From Elsinoe ampelina (Eukaryota): DNA of 64,000 nt. Under the pieces are notes generated by a model. The model was given only the letters and a program-made list of their open reading frames with translations, searched no databases and was not told the DNA's origin. This document shows, one piece after another, positions 11,601 to 24,648 of this stretch (position 1 is the first letter of the stretch; every line of letters starts with the position of its first letter). Location of the stretch: positions 227,588 through 291,587 of the forward strand of contig ML992509.1 in assembly GCA_010093995.1 (NCBI GenBank), written 5' to 3'. The position numbers and the translations under genes are program-made.

Positions 11601-14600
11601 ACTAGTAGTAGTATCTCCTCTTTATTTCTTCTACTACTACTATGTTTATAGATTATAATAACCTAAAATACTTCTTAATAACTAAGACGCTCTTAGCTTA
11701 ATAGACCTACGTTAGTAAAGAGCTATCGTAATATAATATCTAGATTATCTATAACCTAGAGAAGCTTAATTCTACTAACGGACTATTAAGAAGGCTAGAC
11801 CTAGATACTAGAGACAAGTAAGCTAAGATAGACTTACACCTATAAGTCCTAAGAGACTTATATAAGAGACCGAAGAGATATCTTCTCCTTAACGCTATAA
11901 TAGTAGCTAAGTAGGTTAAGTTAACCTAAGACGTATAAGGTAAGATACTAGATATAAACTTAGTAGTTACCGAGGACTCCTTGCCGAGACAACATAGTAA
12001 GGTAAAGTATACTAGAAGATCTAAAGATACCTAAGAGAGTATTATAGCCTAAGGCGAGATACTAGATATAGATATAAAAGCTAAGATAGCTCCCTATAAG
12101 AGTAGAGATAGTAGGTCTACTCCCCTAGAGGTAAGTAGTTCCTTTTACTATTCCCTATAGATAACTATAGTAGAGAGATTATAGAGAGATTATAGAGAAC
12201 TTACTAGCCTTAGATATCTATATACAATAGCTACGAAAGAAGACAATATATATAAAGAGGCGCTACTAAGGCTACTTAGCCTAGTAAAGAGGCTATAGTA
12301 GCGAGATACTATAGTAGAGACAATACTAAAGCGTCTTAGTAATCCTAAAGAAAGAGAGACTACTAAGAGAGAGAGCTAGAGATAGTAGGACAATAGCGTC
12401 CTACTATTTTAAGATAAAGTCTTTATTCTAGCTATAAAAATACTAACTATGGAGATACTCTATAGAAATTATAATAATCTAATAGTAGGCTACCTTAGAA
12501 TAGAAAAGACACTCTTTATACTAAAGTAGAAGTACTATTAGAAGGGTATAACGATAGACATTACTAGATATATAAATTACTATAATAAGTACTAAAGAAT
12601 AAAGGTTTCTTAATATTAGCCCTATAGTAAAATATAAGCTCTAAGATTACTCCCTATTAGAGAAGTACTCTAGCATTAGTTAATAGACTTTATTACTAAT
12701 TTATCTCTAGTAAAGGACTAATAGAGCTCCGTTACCGATTCAATTTTAGTACTAGTAGATAGAGTATCTAAATACGTTAGATACGTTCTAGTAAGAAAAG
12801 ATATAGAGGCCTAAGAGTTAGCTAACATTATAGAGAGGAAGATCCTTAGTTGCTATAGGTTCCTAAGAAGCTAGATTACCGATAGAGGTACCCTATTTAA
12901 GTTTAAATTTTAGACGTTTCTCTACTAGAGATAGAAGGTCTAGAGATATCTCTTAATAGCGTTCTACCCTTAAACTAATAGCGCTATAGAGAGGTAGAAC
13001 TAAATAATTAAATAGTACCTAAGGGTATTTATTAATTTCTACTAAGATAACTAGCTACACTAGCTATATTAGGCCGAGTTTACCTATAATAGCTCCTATA
13101 GCGCGTCGCTAGAGGCGAGCCTACTCTACTATATTTACGAAATAGTTCTATATCTCCTCGATAATATTAAGACTAATACTATAGAGAAGAAGGTAGCTCT
13201 ATAACTACTAGAAGCACTAGTAGTAGAAGTAAGAGTAAAGGCCCTATAAGACATAAGAGAAGAACTTAAGTAGTATAGGCTTAACGCTATTACGTAGTAG
13301 GAGGTATACTATAATAAGAAGCACTAGCTAATAAGGTTTAAGAAAGGCTAAGAAGTTATACTAAGTACTAAGAACCTCTAGTCTCTCCGGCTAAAGAAGA
13401 AGCTAGTAGCAAAGTTTATAAGTCTATTTACTATCGCTAAGATAGTAGGCTACTAAGTATATCGACTTAATCTTCTAGTATATATAAAATTAATCTACTT
13501 AACCTTTTACGTATCTCTTCTTAAGGCTTATTAATAAGGTAATAACGTTACTCTACTACTAGTAGAGATTAAGAGAGAAGAAGAATATAAGGTTAAAGAG
13601 GTAGTTAATAAGGGCCTTATTAGAGGTAAGACTTACTATAAGGTACTCTAGAAAGGCTATTCTAAAGAGGAAGCTAGCTAGGAGCTAATAGAGTATCTAT
13701 AGAATACTATTAGCAAAATTAAGAACTTTAAGAAGAAGAGTCTTATTCTAAGCGTAATAGCGAAGTAATACTATATTAAGTAAGAGACTTATAAGGCTTA
13801 AAGAGCTTAAACTTACGCTATAGAGAAAGAGAGAGATAAGAGAATAGTACAAGATTAAGATTTAAAAAAAGCAAGTCTATATTATAAAAAAGTATAATAT
13901 TAGCTCGATAATATATCTCTAATATAACACTAGCGAATTATAAAAGGTCTATCTTAACTCTATCCTCTAAATCTTTAGGCTTATCTAGCTCTACTAGCTT
14001 AAGGACAAGATTACTACGTAGGGACTCTATTATATCTTCGTTAGACTTCTAAATATAGATAGTAGTATTAAAGGCATACTAGGTCGAAATAAGACTCTTA
14101 ATAAGTAGAGTATAAGAGACGTTATACTACTATAGGTTAGCTATCGTAGCGACGATATAGAATAAAAACATATAAAGACATATTTAGTATAGAAGTATTA
14201 ATAGAGACAGTAGTAGAGGAAAGTACTTATATCGTTGTTATAAATATATTAGGACTAGGCCTACTCGTAGTTAAGGTATATAGTAGTCTAGTAGTAAATA
14301 TAAGACTTATACTAATAGTAGTACACCGGCGTAGCGTAGTTAGAAGAGGTCTAGAACTATAGGAACTTAGGCTTAGAGCTCTTACTATAGTTGTAGTTAT
14401 AGTTACTAGAGAAGTCTCTACTAAATTCGAGATAGCGTATTATCTCTATAATAACATTAGTAATCTCTAGAGACTTAAAGGACATAGCGTAGCTAGAGTT
14501 ATTAATCTAATCGGTAGAGATATAGTAGGTCGTAATACTATAAGATTCTAATATTATAGTATAGAAGTTAAGTAGATAGAGAGAATAAAAGGTCTAAGGA

Positions 14601-16162
14601 GATTAAGGAGAAAGAGAGAAGAGATAGTATATATATATCGCTTCTCTATTATCTAAACAATAATACTCTCCTTAATAATACCTACCTTAATAATAGACTC
14701 TTAATAATATAATAATACCTAAGGGGATAATAGGCCCCTAATAAAGAAGCAAGAGTAATCTAAGAGCTATAGCTCTACTAAGAGTAATAAAATAAGAGAC
14801 TTAGGTAAAAAGAAGAAGTAGAAAGCAAAAAACTCTATAAACTCTAAAAGGCAAAATCTATCTCCGATAGCTCTAAGCTATTATATCGACTAAGGAACCT
14901 ATACTTATACCTAGAAACCTAAAGACTATACTAGTAACTACTCTAACTCTCTAAATCTCTTAAGCTCTACTAGTAGTACTACTAGAGGCTAGCGTAGTAG
15001 CGTAGGTAAGAGCCTTTCTAGTAGGCTAGGCGCTAATAATCCTTACTAATAACTTGTTAGTCTTTTAGCTACTAGTAAGTAAGGTAGCGAAGTTCTTATA
15101 GGTTATAGGCGAATTGTTATTAGAGTTAGATTCTTCTCTCTTTCTCTTCTTCTTAGTAGAAACGTATTTAGTCTTAAGAGTAGTAATATATCTCGCTATT
15201 ATAGTATAGGCGCTATAAACGCGCTACTTGTTAGAGAGTATAGTAGCTAAGTACTTATCTTCGTCGTTGTAATAGTAGATATAGATAGCCTTATAGATAA
15301 CTCTAGTAGTATTAAGCTTAGTATTATAGCGCTTAGAAAACTAGGAATATTAGTATTACTCCGATGTAGAATAGACATTAGACCTATAAAGGTATAGCTA
15401 TTATAGTAGAGCCTATAGAGCTAGTAGAAGGTATAGTTATTCTACTCCTTATAGTAGTAAGAGTCGTTAGTAAAGTTAGAGTTATTTAATATTACATATT
15501 TAGTAGAGAGCTTAAGGCAGTTAATATAAGAATCTCCCTTAATAAGGACAGAGTCGGAGTAACTAAGGGACAATAGTAGAGTACCTTTATACTAGATCTA
15601 GCTATAGTTAGGTCTACTAGAGGTAGTACTTACTAGAGAAGATATATTAAAAGAAGATTCCTAATAGTAGAGAAAGAATAATAAGATATTAGAGAGATAC
15701 TAGGAGATATTAGTATAGAATATAAGGTAGAGAGTAGAGAGCTATACTTTAGTAAGAGAGTTTTTAGAAGAAAGAGAAGAGATATTCTAATAAGAGAGAA
15801 GTCTCGTATATATATTAGAGCGTCCTATTATTCTATTATTACGAACAATAGAAGGCCTCTATACTAATTAAAAGAAGAAGAATATAAGAAGAAATAAGGT
15901 AGCCTACTAATTGTTGTTATAGCTAGTATAATAATAGCTAGGAGATAAGAGAATAACGTTATTATATATACTAGATAAGGCAAATTTATATATAAAGTTA
16001 AGTAGAGCTATACTTTATATTCCTTACCTAATACTAAGACTCTATATATAGACCTCTATATATAGTATAATAACGCTCTAAAGGTAGTCTACTCTTTCCC
16101 TACTACTAGAGGGTTTTAATAAGGGACTAGCCTAAGAATAGGCCTATAGAGAAGAAGGTAAT

Positions 16163-16373
16163 TATAATAGAAACTATAAACTTATAGCTAGTAGATAGAC
16201 GTTAAAGATACGTTGTTCTAGCTATAATTCTATATAGTATATATAGTAGTAGTTCTTAACCTTCTATAGAGAGGTTAGGAATTTGTTATTATATTTATAT
16301 AGTATATACTTCTCCTCTATCGCTTCTCTATCTTAGAGATATTATACCTACTCTATCTAGATACTCTATTATA
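16163..16373 (+). repeat. 3' LTR
   Basis: Direct repeat of 8458-8668, preceded by a polypurine tract. Confidence 0.9.
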
Positions 16374-17200
16374 GCCTTATTCTTCTTATTCTCTCTATAT
16401 ACTTAATATACCTTCTCTAGCCTCTTAACGTCTTAATCTTTATAGCTCTAAAGGCTAGCTATTAATGTAAGATCTAAGCTAAAGCACACTAAGTAGTCGA
16501 TAAAATTATATATATTAATTTTATTAAGGCTTATTTAAATATTTATAATAGTACCTTTAGTTACGACACTTAACTTAACGCCTTTAAAGCTACTAGAATT
16601 TAGCCTTATAATCTATACTAAGTGCTTAATCGACTCGATAGCCTTATAGTATTAACCTCTTAAGTCTCTTTAGATAGTTCTCTACTAGATATTACTCCTT
16701 TTACTCTTAATATTACGCCTCGAACTTAGTGTTATTTTAACTATTAGCTTAGCTAGTTACGCTACCTTACTAACTCTATCGTAGAAGTAATAGTAGAGAA
16801 GCTATAGAAGAGCTATAACATCGCTACTAACACTAATATACTTCTTTATAAAAGAGTAGCTAAGTTAGAGAAAGAGGTAAGGACTAAAAAGGCAAGGCTA
16901 AAGAATTATATAAAGGCTAATACGTATATACTTAACGTTAAAGACTTAATTAAAAAGCAGAAATAGTAATAGCTACTTAAATAGCTTAAGGAGGAGACTT
17001 ATATAGCTTATACTTAGCGCTAGTAGACTTAAAAGCACTAATAGAATTATAAGTTGCTCTTTAGCTATAAGGACTTATAAACTCGAATAGTACAATTTAC
17101 CTACGAGTAATTAAGGCAATAGTACCTTAACGCTATATTCCGGTGTAATAATTATAAGAAGAGAATTAAGCCTTTAAAAGCCTTATCTAACTCGTAATCT
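16374..17200 (+). pseudogene. pogo/Fot1 transposase, 3' part (end approximate)
   Basis: Resumes right after the 3' LTR with de-RIP LP.HS.HLLQPLDV..F..LK. Confidence 0.75.
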
Positions 17201-18489
17201 AGTACTTAGTTAAGTAGTTAATTAAGTAGTTAAAGGCTAGCTAAAAGGAGGCGTGTAAACTCTTTAGCAAATTCTTTATACTAATCTTTACCTTCTTCTT
17301 TACTGTTACTAGTACTACTACTACCTTTTATTATATCTCTCTAGTCTTACTAGTCTCTAGTCTCTTTCTTCTTCTTTCTAGTATTACCTTTTACGCCTTT
17401 ACCGATCTTGCTACTCTCTCTAGCCTTACTAACTCCTCCTCTGTCGATTTTATAACTCTTACCTTAATTACTAAGAGCTTAGATACTACTATAGGAAGTA
17501 GTTAGCTAGAGTATATAGAGCACTTAGCCTTTAAGTACTTAGCCTTTAAGCACTTAAAGCACTTAGCTTCTAGAAGTGCCGGATAGTTAAGAGTTATAAA
17601 CGCCTTTATATAATAGCTAGTAGTAGCCTATTATACCTTTTTTAAGCTTTAATTTTAAGCCTCTAAAGAGTAAGCCTATACTACCTTTTTCTAGCTTTAC
17701 ATCTTTAAGCCTTAAGAAGAAATAGCACACGGGCTTCAGCCCGCTAAGATGTGTTCAGGCCCGCCAAAAAGACGCCTTTTTACACACGCTAACGGGCGTC
17801 GATCCTGCCCTCGATTCGGCAACTCTGCAAAGGGGGGTCCGCTGCAAAGCCCCATCTCGCACGTTACCGATATTTCGACGAGTTCAGTATGTCTCTTCGT
17901 ATGATGAGTGATGCCAACAAGTAGCCAAACACCGTTGAACATGAATGGCACGACAACGACAAGATTCCTGTCGCAACGGTATCGTCAAGCCTGTTTTTGC
18001 GATAGCGCCAAAAGACTCTCTGAGATCCCCAAATCGCCGCAGCGGCTCTTCTCAAACCTTGTTCGTGCCTTCGCAGTTTCACCTGCTTCCTTAGTCTCCT
18101 CTCGTGGATGGACGGACTGTGACAGATGATAAGCGAGTCCGCCATGCAATTGTGCTTTCGTAATCTTGCTCAAAAGGCATAATACATGTCCATTGCATTA
18201 GGCGTATGCTTCATCGCTACATACACTATAAACGCTTCGAAACTTCTGTGAATACGTGCTAAAGGTCGCCGATGGGGTATAGTATCAGTACGCTGCAACA
18301 AACAAAATGTGTCGAGATGGAACCGGTGCCTGCGCCAGCTGCCGTCTCTGAACGTTCATTGCAGCTGTCGATCTTTCTCGTTGGCATCAAATCCCTCTGC
18401 TTCGTGAAATGGTCGTTTGCTGTATCAAGGCCGTCAACCGGCCGTGGAAGTCATTCTTATTACGAGCTTTGAGGTTGATCATGTATCGT

Positions 18490-21400
18490 TCATGGTCGCT
18501 CCGGATTGCCCGTCAATTGCGCCACTCGAGCCTTGATTCTTGCAACTCGCTCTTCGATAGCTGAATAATTGTTAGCTGGGACTGCACTTGAGGACGGTGA
18601 CGAGCGTATTAGACTCACTCTCTTCTCCACTGGTCTCGCCATCGTCTGTCCGCTCAGTCATGACGCTTTGGTCTCGACTACGCTGGCTCTGTTCTTCGCT
18701 CTGCCTGGCCGCACGAGCAGCAGCATTCTTTCTGATCTGTGCCCACCTGTCGCTTTGGCTGAACGAGGACGCGGCTTCCTCCTGCGTAGATATCTCCGAA
18801 ACCGTGTCACTTGTCACCAATGCCTGCTGTGATCTTGCAAAGACGTTCTGCTCTTCGAGCTGAGGTGTCAGCATCTTGTTCCCTTCCACACCGCGGTCCT
18901 GAAAGGTCGCTGTGGCTGGGCTGGTGACACTGGCAGTCTCCATTGAGTCGCGAGGAACGAAAGCGGGCGCATCTAGTGGTCCCTGATCGAAGCGTTGGAA
19001 CTCCTTCTGCGCTTCCTGTTGTTCTTGGGTATTGACTCTCGACAGATCGGGGGCTTGCGCTCTTGGGCGCTCATCTACTGCTGAAGGATCCAGCAAAGGT
19101 ACGCTCTTGGACGTAGCAGCTTTACCGGCCACAGACTCGGTTGTGCTTCCACCAACGGCAGGGTTCTCTTCCTTTGGTGGAAGGAAGCCTGTCAAGTCTT
19201 GAGATCCGCGCTTGGGATCATCCTTTTTGCGGCCAAACATCTTCTTGAACCCAGCTGGCCCAGCCGGCTTCTTCTGCAGCTTTCTAGCGTTTGGGCTGGT
19301 CCGTCCACTGTCGTCCACGGGTGCTGGCGATGGCGTCTGGGCCCCACGGAAGGCCGGGTGCACATGCTGGACTGCGCCATCAGGGAGAGGCTTGCGGTTG
19401 GTGAGCGAGACCTGTGATGCTGACTTTTGCAGCGTAGGAGTACCTGCTGGTAGGGGTAATGCGGCAGCACTAGCAGTCTGTGCTTCAGCTTCTGGAGCGT
19501 CTACTGTCACTACAGGTGGCTTGGGCGGAAGAGGTGCTGGAAGCCTGTTCTCCGAGAGCTCGCGCTCGACGGCCTTGGGTGTTGGTAGTGGCTTCGCGCG
19601 ATTGCTGGGTTTGTCTTCCGAGGCGAGGTTCGCTGTCTGCACGGGCTGCTCATTCTCCTTTCCATCGTCGTACATGGACGAAGCCTGAGAGAAGCGATTG
19701 GCGGTACCCTTGCCCGCAAAATTGTCCCCCAGATACTGCTTTCGCACCGCTTCTCGATCATAAGCATTCGCCCATTTCATAGCTGACGTGGCTTCCGTGC
19801 TCAACCCCAGCGTCATAATGCTGTTGGTCTTGACAGAATTTCCATCATCGAACCGTCCACGTCTCTCTGCCGTACGGCCACTGTTCTGTCTCACCAGCTC
19901 TGCAGCTGCCGCGCTGATCTTCGCCTTCTGTTCTGGAGAGATACTGCTCTTCGCCACTGCTGCTGGGGAAGGTGGGATGTGTGGTTTTGGCGGCAAGGCA
20001 TCTTTGGCTGTCTTATTTCGCGTGCTCTTGTTGCGGCGGGAGAAACCGAATCGAGACTTCTTCTCCGCGATGTAAGCTCCATTTTCAGGCGCAGGCGAGG
20101 CGCCCTTGACTTGTTCCTCGAGAAGAAGCCAACGGCCGCCAGAAATGGATGTCTCTGCGAGCGCGCATCGTCCAAAAGCAGCCTTTCTGACAGAAGTCTC
20201 CTCGCTGGCCAGAGAGGTCATCCAGACCCACCAGAAAGCATCATCCAGTTCGAACCTGGTAATACTGGCCAGCTCTCCAGGTTGAAGTCCGTCGTCATCG
20301 TCCAACGAGCCCCCGAAGGAACCCTTCCCGTCATCGATAGGCGGTAATTGTTGGTCAGGTCGTAGCAAAAGTGCCGGGGAGCTCTTGTTCTTACCATCTT
20401 CAACAAAGCCAGCATTGAGAAAATCAGCCCATGATGGCGTGGTTGGACGCCCGCCCATGGCAAGCCTGGATTGAGCACGAGCCTGCATGTTTGCGTACCC
20501 ATATGGTGGCGATTCACGATTTGAGATCGGTGATTTGGTTTGAGGAGACTGCGCGGCCGAGTCGACCGCTGGCGAAACGAAGCCTTCATCCTGGAACCGC
20601 GACCACGAGTCATCGCCTGTAGATGCAATGGACAAACCACTAGGGAGACGTGCGTTTGAAAGATTTGCGCGCCGTGATCGAGCGCCAGAGGACTGATTCG
20701 TCGACGATATCGACTCGAGCACTCTTTTGCATTCTTCCGTGAGAGCATCCACCGGGTCGGAATACTCGGCGAATTTATTGAGGGCTCTATCGTCTGCACG
20801 ATATTCGAAGAGGCGAGCTCGCCGGAGAAGCGAAAATGGTGTAGGTGAAACAGAGTCGACATACATCAAGACTCTGGATGTGGTGCTCTGCATAAGAGCT
20901 GGTCTTTCCGGAGGATACTCAGTCTGCGCAACTAGAGCTTGTAGGGATCGCGGTAAGTTCGATATTCCAGCTATGCCCTTGACCGCCTCGGGTGCTTGTG
21001 AACGTAGGTAGGCGAAGAAAAGGTGACTTGATGCATCAGCAGCTCTGCGAAATGTCAGTAAAGGCGGAAACTAGCATATCAGCCAAGCTCACTCTGTCCA
21101 GGCTTTGTAGCCTCCATCAAAGCCCTTGCCGGTGTCTGCTTGCTCAAACGCCCACCAGCCAGCCATGCGTGAAAGTTTCCTACCTCCCATACCGTTGACT
21201 TTGCCGTGAGCAGCTATTGACCCGATAAGGTCGAAGAAGTCGTAGATAATGTTACGCCGGCTCACTGACTCTACTGCTAGAGGGATGAATGTGTTGAATG
21301 AGCCAATCGCCATGTCAGACTCTTTCTCTCCGGCACGAAAATTCTCGTAGACAGCCCAGGTGACCACACCGCCAGGTAATCTGCTCCAGCACCATTTGAG

Positions 21401-21766
21401 GATGCTGCACAGAATCTCGGTCTCGGTAAGGCGAAGCTCCTTGCGTAGCGACTCTCCTTTGTACTCGCTCATGCCCTTGTTGTTGGCTCGATAGTAGTCC
21501 TGTATGAATGCCCGGGCAGATGTGATGTCGCCCTGAGGTCGGAAAGGTAGGAGGAGGAATGGTGTGTCCAGGGCCGCCGCTCGTGATTTCATCTCCTTTG
21601 TGCATGCATTGAGTAGATCCTCGACCTCCTCGGGGACGATCTCGGTGCTGTCCCAAGTCGAGACATATCTGGGCTTGACCTGTATGGGTTGGTGTCCAGC
21701 GTTTTGGTCCGCGAGCTTCTTTGCATTCTTCTCGTCCTTTTTCTTTGACCGCGAGAAGAAAGGCAT
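18490..21766 (-). CDS. Msb1/Mug8-like morphogenesis protein (DUF1708, RhoGAP-like N-terminal domain)
   Basis: N-terminal LDTPFLLLPFRP, LKWCWSRLPGGVV and IAAHGKVNGMGGRKLSRMAGWWAF. Intron 21045-21092 gives E-AADASSHLFFAYLR. Intron 18561-18618 gives the last exon TIEERVARIKARVAQLTGNPERP*. Confidence 0.85.
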
Positions 21767-23250
21767 ATCTGCCGCCGAGAAGAGCCTGTGTGAGGTTTGG
21801 TGTAATCGGGACCAGGGACAGTACTAGCTCAATGACTGCTTTGTATTATAGCGGGGTCAACTTGGAGCTAGAAAGGCAAGCGCAATCGAAGGAGCGACTG
21901 TAGTTGGAAGGTGGGTGAGGTGGGTGAGGTTGTGAGGTTTGGATGTGAAGGAGCGTGGGAGAGCGTCGAGGCCGTCGCCTGGAGGACTTTACTTCTCACT
22001 AAAAATTGACCATATTAGTTCTTGCTCATGACCATTGGCGAAGGGCAAGATCGGGCATACTAAGACAATTGGAAGCTCCTCCGGCGCGTCGACGCGAAGC
22101 AATCTCCGAGCCGGCACTATGGTCTAGCTTCCGAAAGGGTCTCAAGACTACTTCACTTGCACCAGTGCGGCAGATGTGGAATCAGTTCGTCAGAGGGGTG
22201 AGAGATGTGAGAGAAATGTGAGAATGTCACAAGTTGAGATTTTACAGAAAATGAGAGGCGCAGGGGTTGCAGCAAAGACGATGGTGGCATCGAGGTGGGC
22301 CTCTTCTCTATGCATCATAGGAAATTTAGGGACAGTGTAGCTTCTGTCGCGGATTGGGTAGACTGCGCTGCGGCCCCTTATGTTAAGCCCTGCATGTCGA
22401 AGCAGGTTTGACGTCTTGTGTGTGCTGGCATGGGCAGATAAGTATCTCAATGGGTATCGCTGATCGGCGTGGGTAGTCTTGACCCCATCGTCGCAGTCTA
22501 TCTCTTCATTGCACCCGGCATACCTATCAACTATCTGTTCTTTCTGCCCAAGAGGTAAGTATAGCGACGCCATTTCGATAGTCGCGAGTGCCAGGTAGAT
22601 GGCTTGTGGGTGTGGCTCTCGCTCCCTGGTTTAATTGCCCGCCGTGTCGCAGGTTTGACGCTAAGGACAAACCCAACCAACAGGCTCTCTTCCAGCAAAT
22701 GCAGACCCGCGTCGCCCGCGGCATGTCACGATCGAGGGGCTCGCATCTCGGAGGTTATTTCTTTTGTCGTCTGCAGTAGCATGCGTTGGACTGCTGCCCT
22801 TCTGTGTGTCGGCTTGAGGTCGTGTGTCAGAAGAAACGTCGAGGCGGACCCGCCATCTCTGCACGTGCGCCTTTCTGAAGAGAAGTCAATGGTGAGCATG
22901 TCGGCAACGACGCGACTTTTTGTCCGAGCACTCGACGTTTCGACACGTCCGGGATCAGGAGATGGCGATATCGTTCGTGCAGGCACTGCGAACGCCCGGT
23001 CGTATGTCGCTGTCAAAACGATCTGCATCCATGCCATGGGCGACACGGTAAAGTCGCAGACGTGGTGATGACATCACAATCCATCTCAATTTGGTCTCCA
23101 TACATTCACTTGGTCTGGTATACCGCTGGTCCACACACTTATCCTCTTATGCCCCAGTATCATAGTTTGCGGTTGCTCTATCTCTCTCAAAGTCGCAACA
23201 CCATCACGCGTAACACTACTCGGCGAGGGTTCCAAGTCTGCTCAATCAGG

Positions 23251-23701
23251 ATGGTCAAGGACGACAAGACAGTGATCAAGTTAGTACTCATTCCATAACA
23301 GAAAGTCATCTGGACCTAACGGAGATAGGGAGTTTGGTGAACTGGTCAACATGACCGCTGGAGAGCTCGAGAAGTGGCTTGGACAGGAAGAGTCAGCAGG
23401 AGCAGGCTGGTCGAAAGATGATGGCTCCGGCGAGACTATTGGGCATGAGAGGTACGTCACTTCCAAAGTACCGCTACATGTGATTCTCATGCCAAGCAGT
23501 GGTCGTAAGATCATCGCGATCCTCAAGAAGAATCCGAAGAAGGATCCGAAGAAGTACGACGATGATGATATCCCGCACATGCGGAAGGTGGTTGCATACA
23601 ACAAGCGCCACCTCGCTCAGGAGGAATCGGCAAAGAAGAATCCAGACAGTAGGAGCGCTAAGTCGCTGAAGAATTGGGGTCATGATCCTCAAAAGGCATA
23701 G
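23251..23701 (+). CDS. DUF3140 family small protein
   Basis: Spliced product MVKDDKTVIKEFGELVNMTAGELEKWL...GHESGRKII...HMRKVVAYNKRHLAQ...SLKNWGHDP, with two short introns. Confidence 0.8.
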
Positions 23702-24264
23702 ATGGTCATGAATGCAATCATAGTGAAGGGCACCTTGTAACTTAGACGCGCAAAGATCTCAGCTCCCACTTTCCCCTGCATGAGGCTGTGGATCTCAGCA
23801 GTGGGGTATTTCGGCTGCAACCCTGATGATCATTTCGGAGCCGCATCATGATCGACAGGTCCATGCGGGATCGCACAAAATGCTCACGCTGTTACTGTAC
23901 GGACAGGATGATAAAGGTAATAAAGGCCACACTTGTGATGTCGGATGCATGTGCAGCTTTCGTGACAGTCGGGACAATTGCAATGGTGGGATAGTAGTCA
24001 AGTCCAAACGCCGAATGGTTCGGAGGAACTGATGGCAAGCTTGGCAACGTCGACGCCACTATTGTCCGAGTGGCCTGAAGCTAGGCGATGCTTGATATGC
24101 CTTGTGAGGGGATAGAGCTTACAGCTATAAGATCCCTGCAACCGCAAGGCCATTGTCAGAGCATTCCAAGCTCACTACATGATCCCTCCACATCAACGAC
24201 GAAGAAATCTACTTATCTAAACTTACTTCAAAGCCTCGACTATTCGCAGCACTCCGATTTCATC

Positions 24265-24648
24265 ATGGCCAATTCCATCTCACCAGCTCTGCTCGCCGCC
24301 GCCAATGTATTCGGTACCATTCTGCTGGGATTTGGCATCAATGCTATCGTCAGGCCTGCTCACGGTCTCACCTTTTTCGAGATGGAACCACCTACCGGAA
24401 CTGCAGACCGCAAGCTGGTAGACAACCTCATGGTCGTTTATGGAATTCGAGACGTCTTCATGGCAGTCGCCATCTATTCGACATCGTACTACAAGGCCAG
24501 AAAGCCTCTCGGCTGGTGTTTGCTGGGGGTGTCTGGTGTTGCGTTCACAGACGGACTCGTCTGCTACCTGAACGGAAAGGGTGAATGGGCCCACTGGGGA
24601 TATGCTCCTATGGTCGGTGGCATCGGAGCTATCTTGCTTGGAGCGTAA
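24265..24648 (+). CDS. DUF4267-like small membrane protein
   Basis: 127 aa from the ATG at 24265, four hydrophobic segments, motifs YGIRD, AFTDG and HWGYAP. Confidence 0.75.
   Translation: MANSISPALLAAANVFGTILLGFGINAIVRPAHGLTFFEMEPPTGTADRKLVDNLMVVYGIRDVFMAVAIYSTSYYKARKPLGWCLLGVSGVAFTDGLVCYLNGKGEWAHWGYAPMVGGIGAILLGA

Larger units (their letters stand above)
8458..16373 (+). mobile_element. RIP-inactivated Ty3/Gypsy chromovirus LTR retrotransposon
   Basis: Two 211-bp LTRs. Domains read after reversing RIP, in order: Gag CCHC knuckle ~9771-9815, protease LIDSGA ~9971, RT KIDLRDAY..MPFGL.NAP.TFQ..IVYMDDILIY ~10772-10988, integrase MDFITDL / ITDRG / AFHPQTDG..ER.N ~12680-13000, chromodomain YEVEEV..YKVLWKGY...SWEP ~13575-13690. 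A purine tract lies at ~16149-16159. Confidence 0.93.
7246..17864 (+). mobile_element. RIP-inactivated pogo/Fot1-like DNA transposon (DD35D), interrupted by an LTR retrotransposon
   Basis: TIRs of about 40 bp at 7246-7286 and 17825-17864, each flanked by TA (7244-45, 17865-66). Reversing RIP gives IYNMDETG (D at 8008), IMDGH..H (D at 8398) and HLLQPLDV (D at 16427). Confidence 0.9.

Noticed and set aside
7400..17740. Centromere, horizontally transferred AT-rich island or organelle insertion
   Set aside because: The block is explained by TIRs, LTRs and RIP-mutated transposon domains.
21900..23250. Short ORFs of 60-150 aa between Msb1-like and DUF3140
   Set aside because: They show no motifs, codon bias or consistent splice model. 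The region is probably a divergent promoter.
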